Assembly: GCA_047967505.1 (NCBI GenBank)
Contig: CM106538.1
Length of the DNA: 64,000 nt
Origin: Dipteris shenzhenensis
Lineage: Eukaryota
Strand: one strand, 5' to 3'
The notes beneath the pieces are model-generated. The model worked only from the letters and a program-made list of their open reading frames with translations, was not told the origin of the DNA and did no database searches. Positions within the stretch are counted from its first letter, which is position 1; each line of letters starts with the position of its first letter. Positions 36,861 to 48,300 of the stretch are shown piece after piece. A program made the translations under genes and the position numbers.

Positions 36861-38249
36861 CTCCCCTCGCTTTCGTTTGTATCTCTTCTTGCATGCTGTT
36901 GAATGGTGCTTTAATTGGTTGGATCTCATGTTGGCTCACTTGAACGCTCACGGCCTCGGCCTTAGCTCAGAGGTGACGACGGGCCGCATCACAGGCCCCT
37001 CGTCAAAAGTTTTCTTATTCTAACTCCCTATCCACCTTCTTGGATTTCCCATCTTCACGGGTATCCTCTGGAACTTCCCCCAGACTTGGACCCAAATCTG
37101 CGGCCCCTCCGTCGATCCTTGCCATCGTATGGCCCACATCTCCACCCTCCTTAAACTTGGACAATTTGCGGCTCTGTTTCCTGTGTCCACCCTCTCTTGG
37201 CCTCCATTCTATTCTTTGCTGCTCATCTTGGTCGGTCAGTTCCTCAACTTCAGGTGGGTGCTTCGAGAAGATCTCTAATGCTGCTTCAGCGCCTTCACAA
37301 AGCTCAAAATGGTTATCATTTTCTTTCTAGTTTTGTTCAGAGGGATTACGAGCGTCATTGTGTGCAGGGTTTATCAGCTTCTTGGAGAAGACGATGTGTA
37401 TTACGGAGTGCGCTTTGGGAAAGACTACTGTGCTCAGCAACAACGACTACTGTGGGAGAAATAGTCTGCTTTGTACGAGTTCGGCTTTTCTCCAGTCTTG
37501 GATCTGCAAGTGACAACCCTCGCCTTTTCACTTTCGATAGCATATACTTACAATTACTGGTACAACCCTTTGACGATCAACATGTGAGCGTCTCGAGCGA
37601 GTTTGCTCTCCCAGTGGCCAACCCGTCGGCCGTCTCATCTCACCAAACATGCCCTTCACCAACTATGCTCGAATTGAGAAAGTGAGGTTAGAGAGGTTTG
37701 AATTGCCTCATCATGTAGAGGGTATTAGCCCTCAAAAAACCGATTGCTGAACGCAAATCTTACCGAAATAAAATAAGGATCGGTCTCGAACTTGTCGAAA
37801 GCTTTCTGACCTGCAGAAGAAGAAGAACAGCAAGGTTCAAAAATCAGCCCTTCGTAATTGCATTGCAAAATATTATGCGTGTATATACTTCCCATCAGAA
37901 ACAAACTAAGCGTATGGGTTCATATATTTCATGAACCTGAACGCAAGTATGCTATAAATCCATGAGAGTATGTCCTGTAAGCCGCTCTTAGATACAGATT
38001 ATCCCCTGTAATGGTTCAAAGTTGGTCTACGTTTACATTCCAATTTCTGAAATTTCATAAATCCCTCTTAAAGATTAGCATCGTCATTTTAAGCAGCTCT
38101 CCAAACACACCTGCTGTTAGTTGTAACACACACTCCATTTTCGCTGCCAAACCGAGGAAAGCCACAGCAGCTGAACTAGCATTGGATATTACTCTTACAA
38201 ACTTATCGTGTCAATAGCTCTCCATGGGCTAGGGCGCCCGACGAAAAGC

Positions 38250-40370
38250 AATTCGAAGATCACATGAAGGGGAGGCTGATGTTTCGAGGAAGGTTACTTT
38301 CTTCTGGACTGCCTGGGGCCAACTTCCTTCCTGGACTGCCTGGGGCAGCAAAAGAGGCAGCGCGTTAACGCGCTGCCTCTTTTGCTGCCCCAGGCAGTCC
38401 AAGAAGGAAGTTGGACTGCCTTCCTGAGCAAGGTGGCTCGCTGTGGTGGCAGTCCGGAGCATGGAAGAAGGATGGAAGGTCCAACACAACTCTGCCCAAG
38501 CCCCCTCCCCATCTGCCCTTCAACGTCGTCTTCATCCCTGACTCGTTGCCCATCCTCAAAAACTCCTCCCCTTCATCTGCCCTCGCTCGCGTGCTCGCTT
38601 CTGAGCTTCTCGTCCATGGTTTCTCCCAAGTCCTCCTCTCCTTACTTCCCCATGTCTCCTGTATCCTCTCTGATGCTCTCTTGTCGTGGACTCATCCTCT
38701 CGCTGCCCAATTCAACCTCCCCTCCGCTTCCCTCTGGACCGCCGCTGCTTCCAGCTGCTCCGCCTACTGCAACATCCCCCTTCTCGCTTCCCAAGACTAC
38801 CTCCCCATTCACGGTACCTGATTTGCTCGCTTTTTGCATCTTGCGATCGAAATTGTGATGCTTTTGGCAAATATAGATCCTTGATATACGTATATCTTTC
38901 TGGCCATTCGTTCCCCTGTCGCAGACTTTCTTTTGCATTTTGGGATCGAAATTGTGATGCTTTTGGAATACATCTTTGATATGGATCTTTCCCTCCAAAT
39001 TTGAGCAGTTTCATTCGTGCTCCTGTCGCAGACTTTTCCGAGCAGCGTCTCATCACCTCCATCCCTGGCCTTCCACCCATTTTTCGAGTCATGGACCTTC
39101 CATCCTTCTTACAGGTCAAAAGCTGGATTCGAAGATCACATGAAGGGGAGGCTGATGTTTCGAGGAAGGTTACTTCCTTCCTGGACTGCCTGGGGCCAAC
39201 TGGAATATCTGATGGCCAACTTCCTTAACGCGCTGCCTCTTTTGCTGCCCCAGGCAGTCCAACTGCCACCACAGCGAGTCACCTTGCTCTGGACTGCCTG
39301 TGATTGATCATCTTCCTTATCGTTCTCTTCTAAGCATCTATACGAACATGCTCTCCTAATTATCGTCAGCATGTATTGTCCCCGCACTAGAAGAAATTTC
39401 AAGGTTTTTTTCCCTTTTGCTCTTTTGCATTATCCCATCCAGTCGTACTCATGTACATGTAGCTGGGACATCGATTGCTCTGTTGGCCATCAGCTATGAT
39501 TGCGTCGTTCGCTTTGAAAACGATTTGTTAGCACGTATTTGTACTAGTCCTTTCCTAACATTTTACACCATCGGCCAGAGATTCTCTTCTTTCCGCAAGG
39601 ATGTCTGTGAAGATTGCAAGGTAGTTTCCCACGGATGAATTGCTGGAAGCATGCTTCACGTGTTCATTGTAGTGAAGCGCGACGATCGCCTGTGTTCTAA
39701 ATTTCATTACTGCACGATCGATTCGTTGTTACTCATTAGGTTGTATTCAGTGAGAAAGAGGACAGAGGCGGGTAGCGAGCCACCTTGCTCCGGACTGCAA
39801 CCACAGCGAGCCACCTTGCTAAGGAAGGCAATCCAACTTCCTTCCTGGACTGCCTGGGGCAGCAAAAGAGACGCGCTGCCTCTTTTGCTGCCCCAGGCAA
39901 TCCAACTGCCACCACAGCGAGCAAGGTTATCCAGCTTCCTTCCTGGACTGCCTTGGGCAGCAAAAGAGGCAGCGAGTTAACATGCTGCCTCTTTTGCTGC
40001 CCCAGGCAGTCCAACTGCCACCACAGCGAGCAAGGTTATCCAGCTTCCTTCCTGGACTGCCTGGGGCAGCAATGCCCCAGGCAGTCCAACTGCCAGGGGC
40101 AGCAATGCCCCAGGCAGTCCAACTGCCACCACAACGAGCAAGGTTATCCAGCTTCCTTCTTGGACTGCCTGGGGCAGCAAAAGAGGCAGCGCGTTAACTT
40201 GAAGCAAAGTGAGCCGAAAGAGATATGAAGCAAGGTGGCTCACTGTGGTGGCAGTTGGACTGCCTGGGGCAGCAAAAGAGCGCGCTCGCTCTTTTGCTGC
40301 CCCAGGCAGTCCAACTGCCACCACAGTGAGCCACCTTGCTTCATATCTCTTTCGGCTCACTTTGCTTCAT
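38250..40370. repeat. Clusters of GC-rich, partly palindromic minisatellite (GGACTGCCTGGGGCAGCAAAAGAGGCAGC and its complement)
   Basis: Motif present in both orientations at 38290-38460, 39130-39300 and 39770-40370; 38251-38325 duplicated at 39128-39200. Confidence 0.85.
40200..40369. repeat. Perfect inverted repeat, 83-bp arms, 4-nt loop
   Basis: 40200-40282 is the exact reverse complement of 40287-40369; the ORF track gives the same peptide start on both strands (40209 +, 40360 -). Confidence 0.95.
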
Positions 40371-41536
40371 ATCTTTTTCTTGCTTGCACTCTTACCGTTA
40401 CGCTTGCCTCAAAAGAGAAAAGAGGAGTACTTACCTCAAAAGCTCTTTGCTCGTTGATGTTTGTTGAAGGCCGCAAGGAGGTTGATGTCGTTGAAGTTTG
40501 TTGAAAGCCACAAGCAGCTCGACGTCACGGCAAGCACCTCGGAAAGGAAGGAGTCGACATCGCTAAACTTTTGAACTATGGGAAGATGAGAGGGCAAGAA
40601 TGGAAGGGGGTGGGGAGTGTTGGAGGAGTTTGAGGAGCATTTGAGGGAAGCTTCAAGGTTGGAGAGAAAGAGAGATAAAATCGCTTCAAGGCTGGAGAGA
40701 AAGAGAGATAGAATCTGACCCAACCCACCACGCCATAATATCTCCAGATTTTGCACGCGATTTTGTAGTAATGATTTTGCAGGCGATGGTCATTATTAGA
40801 CAGATTTTGCAGGCGTAGCCTTTAGAGAAACGATTTTTGAGGGATTTTGCAGGCCTGGTCATTATTAGACGGTAGGAGAAGACCGCATAACTAACACCTT
40901 GTAATAGTGAGGAGAACACCATGTAATGACTCATGATGGAAATAGTAATATTGCTCGTTCATGCAAATGTGAAGTAAACTAACACATTTCGATAGTTTTC
41001 ATTTTACATATGGATTTGAAGATACTACTCATTCTAACTATTGCTAGTAAAATATAGTAATTATAAATCTTTAATTTTTTTCTTGATATTTTAGTCTTTC
41101 AATACCAATATATAAATTTGAAAGTTACTTCTCTTTTTATTCATTCATTTTTATTCAATACCTTACTGAATGAAATGCATGGAGGCGTCATTCAAGTTAC
41201 TATATGCATGAAGGCATCTTGTTCAAAGATTACCATTATTCTAAACAAATAAACACATATTGTTCAATAAAGACCTGCAGTTAAACGACCACCTTGGATG
41301 CTAATAGTGACATCCATTTGCATTTGACACTTACAGAGACGAACTTGCTTCTCTCCCATAATCCCTCTCAGTGGCTCTTTCAACACTTCTCTTTGCTCCA
41401 TTCTCTTCGGTCTCCAACACATCTATGCCATTTCTTCTTTTGCCTCCCTACTTTCGGACCCTTTGTGTAGCTAGCTTTTCTCTTGTTCTTTGGTTGGTGT
41501 CGTCTAGTGCTACATCTTGGCTCTAGCATTTGAATC

Positions 41537-44500
41537 ATGCCTTTCTCAGTTTTCATTTGCTTTGGAGAACACGAATCATTGACCATTCGTTTTGACACTC
41601 CTTTCCTGGAGGTTTCATTGGTGGAGCTTAAGGAACACTTTCACATTGAGAACGAGGACATTGAGCTGCATCAAGAAATCGGAATAGATGAGCTTGCCAT
41701 TGTACTTCCAGTGGTGAACTTAGAGGATGGTCAGAAAGGGTTCAAGATTAGTGGTGGCCAACAATCAACCTTAAGAGTTCACATGTCCTATAAGAGAGGT
41801 ACTCATGGTGACTTTATGAATCATGAACTGAATAGTGTGGTTTCACTTATAGAGAGCATGCCTTTGAATAGTTCTCTTCATGTTGCGCTCAAATCTGCAA
41901 TTCGGGTGGAGAAGGTTACTGAGCTTCCTCTAACTTACGATGGATATATTGTCTTCAAATTTCCACCTATGCCTAAGGGTTCACTAATGTCTGGAATGGA
42001 ACAGAATGCTGATGGTCATGTTTGGACAAAATATTCCACATGTTCGCAAGACTGCTTCAATGGTGTTGTGAGAATGAGTAGATGTTCAGGTTATTTGAGA
42101 TGTTGTAATTTGGATTGTCCTTTCCTTGAACAAATGGGAATTTTAAATGATACACAATGGAAAGGAAAGCTTAGGAGACCTCCTCTACCTGGTCCCATTG
42201 ATCCAGCCTTGGGGTCACTTGTGTGCAAGCATTATGATGCAATACCAGAGTGTGTTTACCTATGCAGTGCTATTATATATTATTGCTTTCCCCATGAACG
42301 AGTGAAGACAACGAGATGCGCAGTGCATGTGGGTTTCCATGACCATCCAGTTGAAAAAGGTAGAAGTCGAGCAAAGGAAATGCAAGTAGAGGATCTCATT
42401 TCAATGCGTGCTAGGTTGAATGGAAATTCCTCTTGCAAAAATATCGAGGTGTCTGTGGCACAAGACCTTGTGATGGAGATGATGCTAGCAAAGGATGGGG
42501 TTGTTGTGGAGCCGCTAGATGATCAAAAGTTCGAAGAAGTGCTTGAAACCATTACACCAATTACCCACAGAAGGAGGCTTCAGAGAGTGGTGCAGAGCAC
42601 AAGAAGTGAGGCTAGAGGAGGGGATGGTGGAATGGATTCAATACTTGATTTAAAGAGGAGATGCAAATATCCATACCTACAAAGTATCCTATTTCCTGAA
42701 CAATTGCAAGATGAACAACAACCACATATCTTCAAAATGTCGACCATTGGTCCAGGATCAGGAGTTGATCTAGTGAATCGCATGCGGCCTGGTGGAAGCT
42801 TGGGATCACAATGGGTTCATTTTGACCATGTGCATCGAGTGAGGGGATGGTCAACAATGGGTGCTCATGTGTATGACCCATTCATAAGGGAACTATTAAC
42901 TATAGCAATATGTGAATTCAAGGTGGAGGATAACCATGCTCAAGTTTGATTCTGGGAGCTACTGAACAATACAATGGAGAAGAATGGTTTTAAAAAACCT
43001 GAATTCCATGGATTCATGGCAGATGGAGCAGGAGCAAATTGGCTGGCTGTCCGCACTGTTTACAATGGTGGACCTGAAAATGTGATGGATGGTAGAAAAA
43101 GAACTTATGTTTTCCATTGGGAGATGAGCATGGTTGAGCACACCAGACGATGCATTAAGCCACAATTTCAGGAGGAGAATAAAGTTCTATGTCGGAAGTG
43201 GAGAGAGGCAACAACTTCAACTTTTGCAGACCAATGCAAACAAACATTGAATTTGTATTGGTCCCCGATTCATGTGAAGGAGGGTGAGCTACCAACATTG
43301 CATACGTGGCTTGCTTGGTGGGATGTTAGAGTCAACCAGTGGGGAGGAATGTTCTTGCGGCAAGAAGAGCACTCTGGATTTGTTCCTACAGTGAACCTTT
43401 CAGAGACAAAACATTCTAGCATGAGAGCAGCACATGGATATGCAAAACACATAACATTGTATGATGCTTGTGCAGTAGATCTTGCAATGAGTGTCCTTCA
43501 GAGTGCCCACTACAATGCCTTTATGAATGGAAGACACTTGGGTACAGGACCAAATTTGGATGCTCTCCGACGAAAAATACTTGATGGTAGTGGGTCTGGT
43601 AAAGGGGACAGAAATAGGCTTGTGGATTTATCACACACAGTGATTAAAGAGGCTGGGATACAATCTCCTGAGATGAATAGGCCAATAACAGAACCGGTGA
43701 GCATAAGAAGAAAGAGGGGCTCAAAATGTTCAACATCGGTCCATGGAAATAATAGTCATCGACCAGAATACATGACAGTGACAACAAGGAGAGTGATAGG
43801 AAAAAGAAGACAAATTGATTTTAAAAGTCCATCACAGGACATGGTTTGTAGAGAGATAGATATTCATGAAGCCAATTGGGCGATCAGGAGAACCGAACCA
43901 CATAGCATTGTCACATGCTTTGGCTACTTGGCAGAGAGTCCGAGATGATGTGGGGCACTAATCAATTCACTTGGTAGAAGTGCAAGTTATGGTGTGCCAG
44001 CCCCTTGTTTTAAGGGAAGAAGGCAACATTCTCATGGAGTGATAGAGCAGTTTGTATGGTTTTGTAATACTTCTGTCACCCATACATGGAATGTGGATAA
44101 ATCCATTCAAGGTGTTCCTGGGGTCTCTCCAGGTGTATGGAAGGTTGCAAGTGGGACATCAATGACTGTAGATGAGAGGGGTGCCCTTGTAAGGGCAGGG
44201 TTTGTATTTAATAGTGATGATTCTATTGGTGTGATGGGACCTCCTTATGCACATCAGATCCATACACCTAGCCATGTGCGCCCTTCTCATCGTGATGGAA
44301 AGCTTGTTTCATGGAGAAGTAAGTTGAATAAAGATTTCAAGGAAAGGATACACAAGGCAGTTACAGAAAATGGGGAGGTGGTGAGAGAGAACATAATTAT
44401 TCCACATGAGGTGCATGTATTCCATGTTCGTACAACATGATCAATGTCCAAGGGGCTAACATATAGTGTCTTGATTTCAGAGTTTCCACGTTGCACATGC

Positions 44501-44683
44501 CTTGATTTCACAGAAAGGGAAGCAAGAAAAAGTCCCTACATGCCTTGCAAGCACATATACTTCGTGTTTATTGTTGTCTTGGGCTTAACTAAAATGGTGC
44601 ATCAGTTTATGCATCAGGCTGCATTGACAAAAGTTGAATTGTTTCAAGCTCTGGGTGGTAGAAGAAACCCATCAGGTATCTAG
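41537..44683 (+). pseudogene. MULE transposase (N-terminal GCM/WRKY-like Zn domain, DDE core, C-terminal SWIM finger), one frame with three TGA stops
   Basis: DGHVW...RCSGYLRCCNLDC...HVGFHDHP; VHFDHVHR (D), FMADGAGA (D), YVFHW (altered CxxH), TVNLSETKHS (E); SWIM CTCLDF...CKHIYFV. ORFs 41537, 42974, 43994 and 44444 share one frame. Confidence 0.88.
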
Positions 44684-45282
44684 TGTATGGCTTGGATGCC
44701 CTTTTTTTGCATTTCCTTCAGAATCGGATAATATATGTAGGTGTGCTTCCTTGCATGAAGCTGCACTAAGTTGTATTTTTTGAAGGTGGACGAAACCCAT
44801 CAAGCATTTAGTAGGCAGCCTAGATGTCCCTTTTTTATATTTCCTTTGAAAGCGGATGATATACATAGGTGTGCTTCCATGTTTTGGCAATGCACGAAAA
44901 AACATTTTGTACAATCATTCCAAGGGTTGGAAGATATTTTGAAGCATCAAATTTTTATATTAATTTTTTTTTGTATGACATATGCTTTTTGTGCTATGGA
45001 GTTAATAACTTTTAGAAAAAAGGTGTCTTCTGACAACATGAAGAGCAGTTAATGTAATATGTTACTATTCTCATTATTGAAAGCATTCAATGTTTTATTT
45101 TATCATTACTTTTTCACAACAAAGGAAACATGATTTGAACATGTACTTTTGGAAACATGCTAGCCAAGATGCAGGCGAGTGGGTAAGCTTTCTCGGAGCA
45201 TAAATTGTGGTAATTGGCTGCCCTGGATGAATATGATGTGGTTGTTATTAAACAGATAACACCTTGCATTGTTGTTTGTCCA

Positions 45283-45336
45283 CGCTCGCTTATTTGGCCT
45301 CGCTCGCTTTTCTTCGCTCGCTTTTTGGTAATCCTC
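45283..45336 (-). repeat. MULE right TIR
   Basis: Ends CCTC immediately before the TSD copy; three CGCTCGCT motifs at the same spacing as in the left TIR. Confidence 0.9.
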
Positions 45337-48300
45337 AGGCAAAAACCGTGTTTTATGCTTGATCGACAATGCAAAGGATATCCGATGGGCACAATACTTT
45401 GCACAAACCTTCAACTAGATGGAATTGACTTACATGCAAAGTGACGCGCCCATCCCATAAGCACTTGATTAGATTACATACCTAGCAGCGTGTTGTTTTA
45501 CGGATGTGCATGACACTAGAGCAAAAATGGTATTTAATGCTCAATCGACCATGCAAAGCATATCCGATGGGCACAATACTTTTCCTAAGCCTTAACCTAG
45601 GTGGTATTGAAATGTTCTCAAAGAGGCACACCCATCCGATAAGTACTTGGTCAGATAACATACCTAAGGGCGTGTTTTTTTGCGGTTGTGCATATCACTA
45701 CAGGAAAAACGTTGTATAATGCGTGATCGACCATGCAAAGCATATCCAATGCTGACAATACTTTGCACGCACCTCAACCTAGTTGAAACAGACTTGTGTG
45801 CAAAGTGGAGTCCCCATCCGATAAGTACTTGTTTGAATAACACACCTAGGACCGTGTTTTTTTATGGTTGTGCATGACACTAAGGCAAAAACAGTGTTTT
45901 ATGCTTGATCGACAATGCAAAGCATATCCGATGGGCACAATACTTTGCACACACCTTCAACTAGGTGGAATTGACTTACATGCAAAGTGGCATTCCCATC
46001 GCATAAGTACTTGATCGAATAACATACCTAAGGGCGTGTTTTTTTGCGGATGTGCATATCACTACAGGAAAAACATTGTATAATGCCTGATCGACCATGC
46101 AAAGCATATCCGATGCTGACAATACTTTGCACGAACCTCAACCTAGTTAAAACAGACTTGCGTGCAAAGTGGAGTCCCCATCCGATAAGTACTTGTTTGA
46201 ATAACACACCTAGGACCATGTTCTTTTATGGTTGTGAATGACACTAAGGCAAAAAACGGTGTTGTATGCTTGATCGACAATGCAAAGCATATCCGATGGG
46301 CACAATACTTTGCACACACCTTCAACTAGGTGGAATTGACTTACATGAAAAGTGGCATTCCCATCGCATAAGTACTTGATCGGATAACACACCTAGCAGC
46401 ATGTTTTTTTACGGATGTGCATGACACTAAGGCAAAAATTGGTATTTAATGCTCGATCGACCATACAAAGCATATCCGATGGGCACAATACTTTTCCTAC
46501 ACCTTAACCTAGGTGGTATTGAATTGTTTTCAAAGAGGCACACCCATCCGATAAGTACTTGGTCAGATGACATACCTAAGGGCGTGTTTTTTTGCGGATG
46601 TGCATATCACTACTGGAAAAACGTTGTATAATGTGTGATCGACCATGCAAAGCATATCCGATGGTGAAAATACTTTGCAAGCACCTCAACCTAGTTGAAA
46701 GGGACTTACGTGCAAAGTGGAGCCCCCATCTGATAAGTACTTGTTTGAATAACACACCTAGGACCATGTTTTTTTATGGTTGTGCATGACACTAAGGCAA
46801 AAACCGTGTTTTATGCTTGATCTACAATGCAAAGCATATCCGATGGGCATAATACTTTGCACATACCTTCAACTAGGTGAAATTGACTTACATGTAAAGT
46901 GGCGCGCCCATCCCATAAGTACTTGATCGGATAACATACCTAGCAGCGTGTTGTTTTATGGATGTGCATTACACTAGAGCGAAGATAGCTTTTAATGCTC
47001 GATCGACCATGTAAAGGATATCCGATGGGCACAATACTTTTCCTACACCTCAACCTAGGTGCTATTGAAATATTCTCAAAGAGGCACACCCATCCGATAA
47101 GTACTTGGTCAAATTACATACCTAAGGGCGTGCTTTTTTATGGATGTGCATATCACTACGGAAAAAACGGTGGATAATGCGTGATCGACCATGCAAAGCA
47201 TATCCTATGGTCACAATACTCTGCAGGACCTTAACCTAGTTGAAACAAACTTGCGTGCAAAGTGGAGCCCCTATCTGAGAAGTACTTGTTTGAATAACAA
47301 ACCTAGGACTATGTTTTTTTATGGTTGTGCATGACACTAAGGCAAAAACGGTGTTGTATGCTTGATCGACAATGCAAAGCATATCCGATGGGCACAATAC
47401 TTTGCACACACCTTCAACTAGGTGGAATTGACTTACGTGCAAACTGGCATTCCCATCGCATAAGTACTTGATTGGATAACACACCTAGCAGCATATTTTT
47501 TAACGGATGTGCATGACACTAAGACAGAAATGGTATTTAATGCTCAATGGACCATGCAAAGCATATTATATGGGCACAATACTTTTCCTACATCTTAACC
47601 TAGGTGGTATTGAAATGTTCTGAAAGAGGCACACCCATCCGATAAGTAAATGGTTAGATAACATACCTAAGGGCGTGTTTTTTTGCGGATGTGCATATCA
47701 CTACCGGAAAAATTTTGTATAATCCGTGATTGACCATGCAAAGCATATCCAATGGTGATAATACTTTGCACGCACCTCAACCTAGTTGAAACGGACTTGT
47801 GTGAAAAGTGGAGCCCCCATTTGATAAGTACTTGTTTGAATAACACACCTAGGACTGTGTTTTTTTATGCTTGTGCATGACACTAAGGCTAAAATGGTGT
47901 TTTATGCTTGATCGACAATGCAAAGCATATCCGATGGGCACAATACTTTGCACACACCTTCAACTAGGTGGAATTGACTTACATCCAAAGTGGCGCACCC
48001 ATCCCATAAGTACTTGATCGGATAACATACCTAGCAGTGTGTTGTTTTATGGATGTGCATGACACTAGAGCAAAAATAGTATTTAATGCTCGATCGACCA
48101 TGCAAAGGATATCCGATGGGCATAACAATTTTCCTACGCCTCAACCGAGGTGGTATTGAAATGTTCTCAAAGAGGCACACCCATCCGATAAGTACTTGGT
48201 CAAATAACAAACCTAAGGGTGTGTTTTTTTGTGGATGTGCATATCACTACGGGAAAAACGGTGGATAATGCGTGATCGACCATGCAAAGAATATCTGATG

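Larger units (their letters stand above)
33169..45336 (+). mobile_element. Mutator-like (MULE) DNA transposon, 12168 bp, with cargo
   Basis: Perfect 9-bp TSD AGGCAAAAA (33160-33168, 45337-45345); 54-bp imperfect TIRs starting GAGG with three AGCGAGCG motifs; internal DDE/SWIM transposase. Confidence 0.93.

Noticed and set aside
36900-39750. Possible further coding remnants in the MULE interior (e.g. - strand 37050-37680, 39320-39740)
   Set aside because: Frames are broken and no family motif could be recognised with confidence.
42947-44440. Programmed readthrough, selenocysteine or U-to-C editing of the three TGA codons
   Set aside because: Methyl-CpG deamination is simpler; plant reverse editing is organellar; other TEs here show similar TGA/TAG stops.
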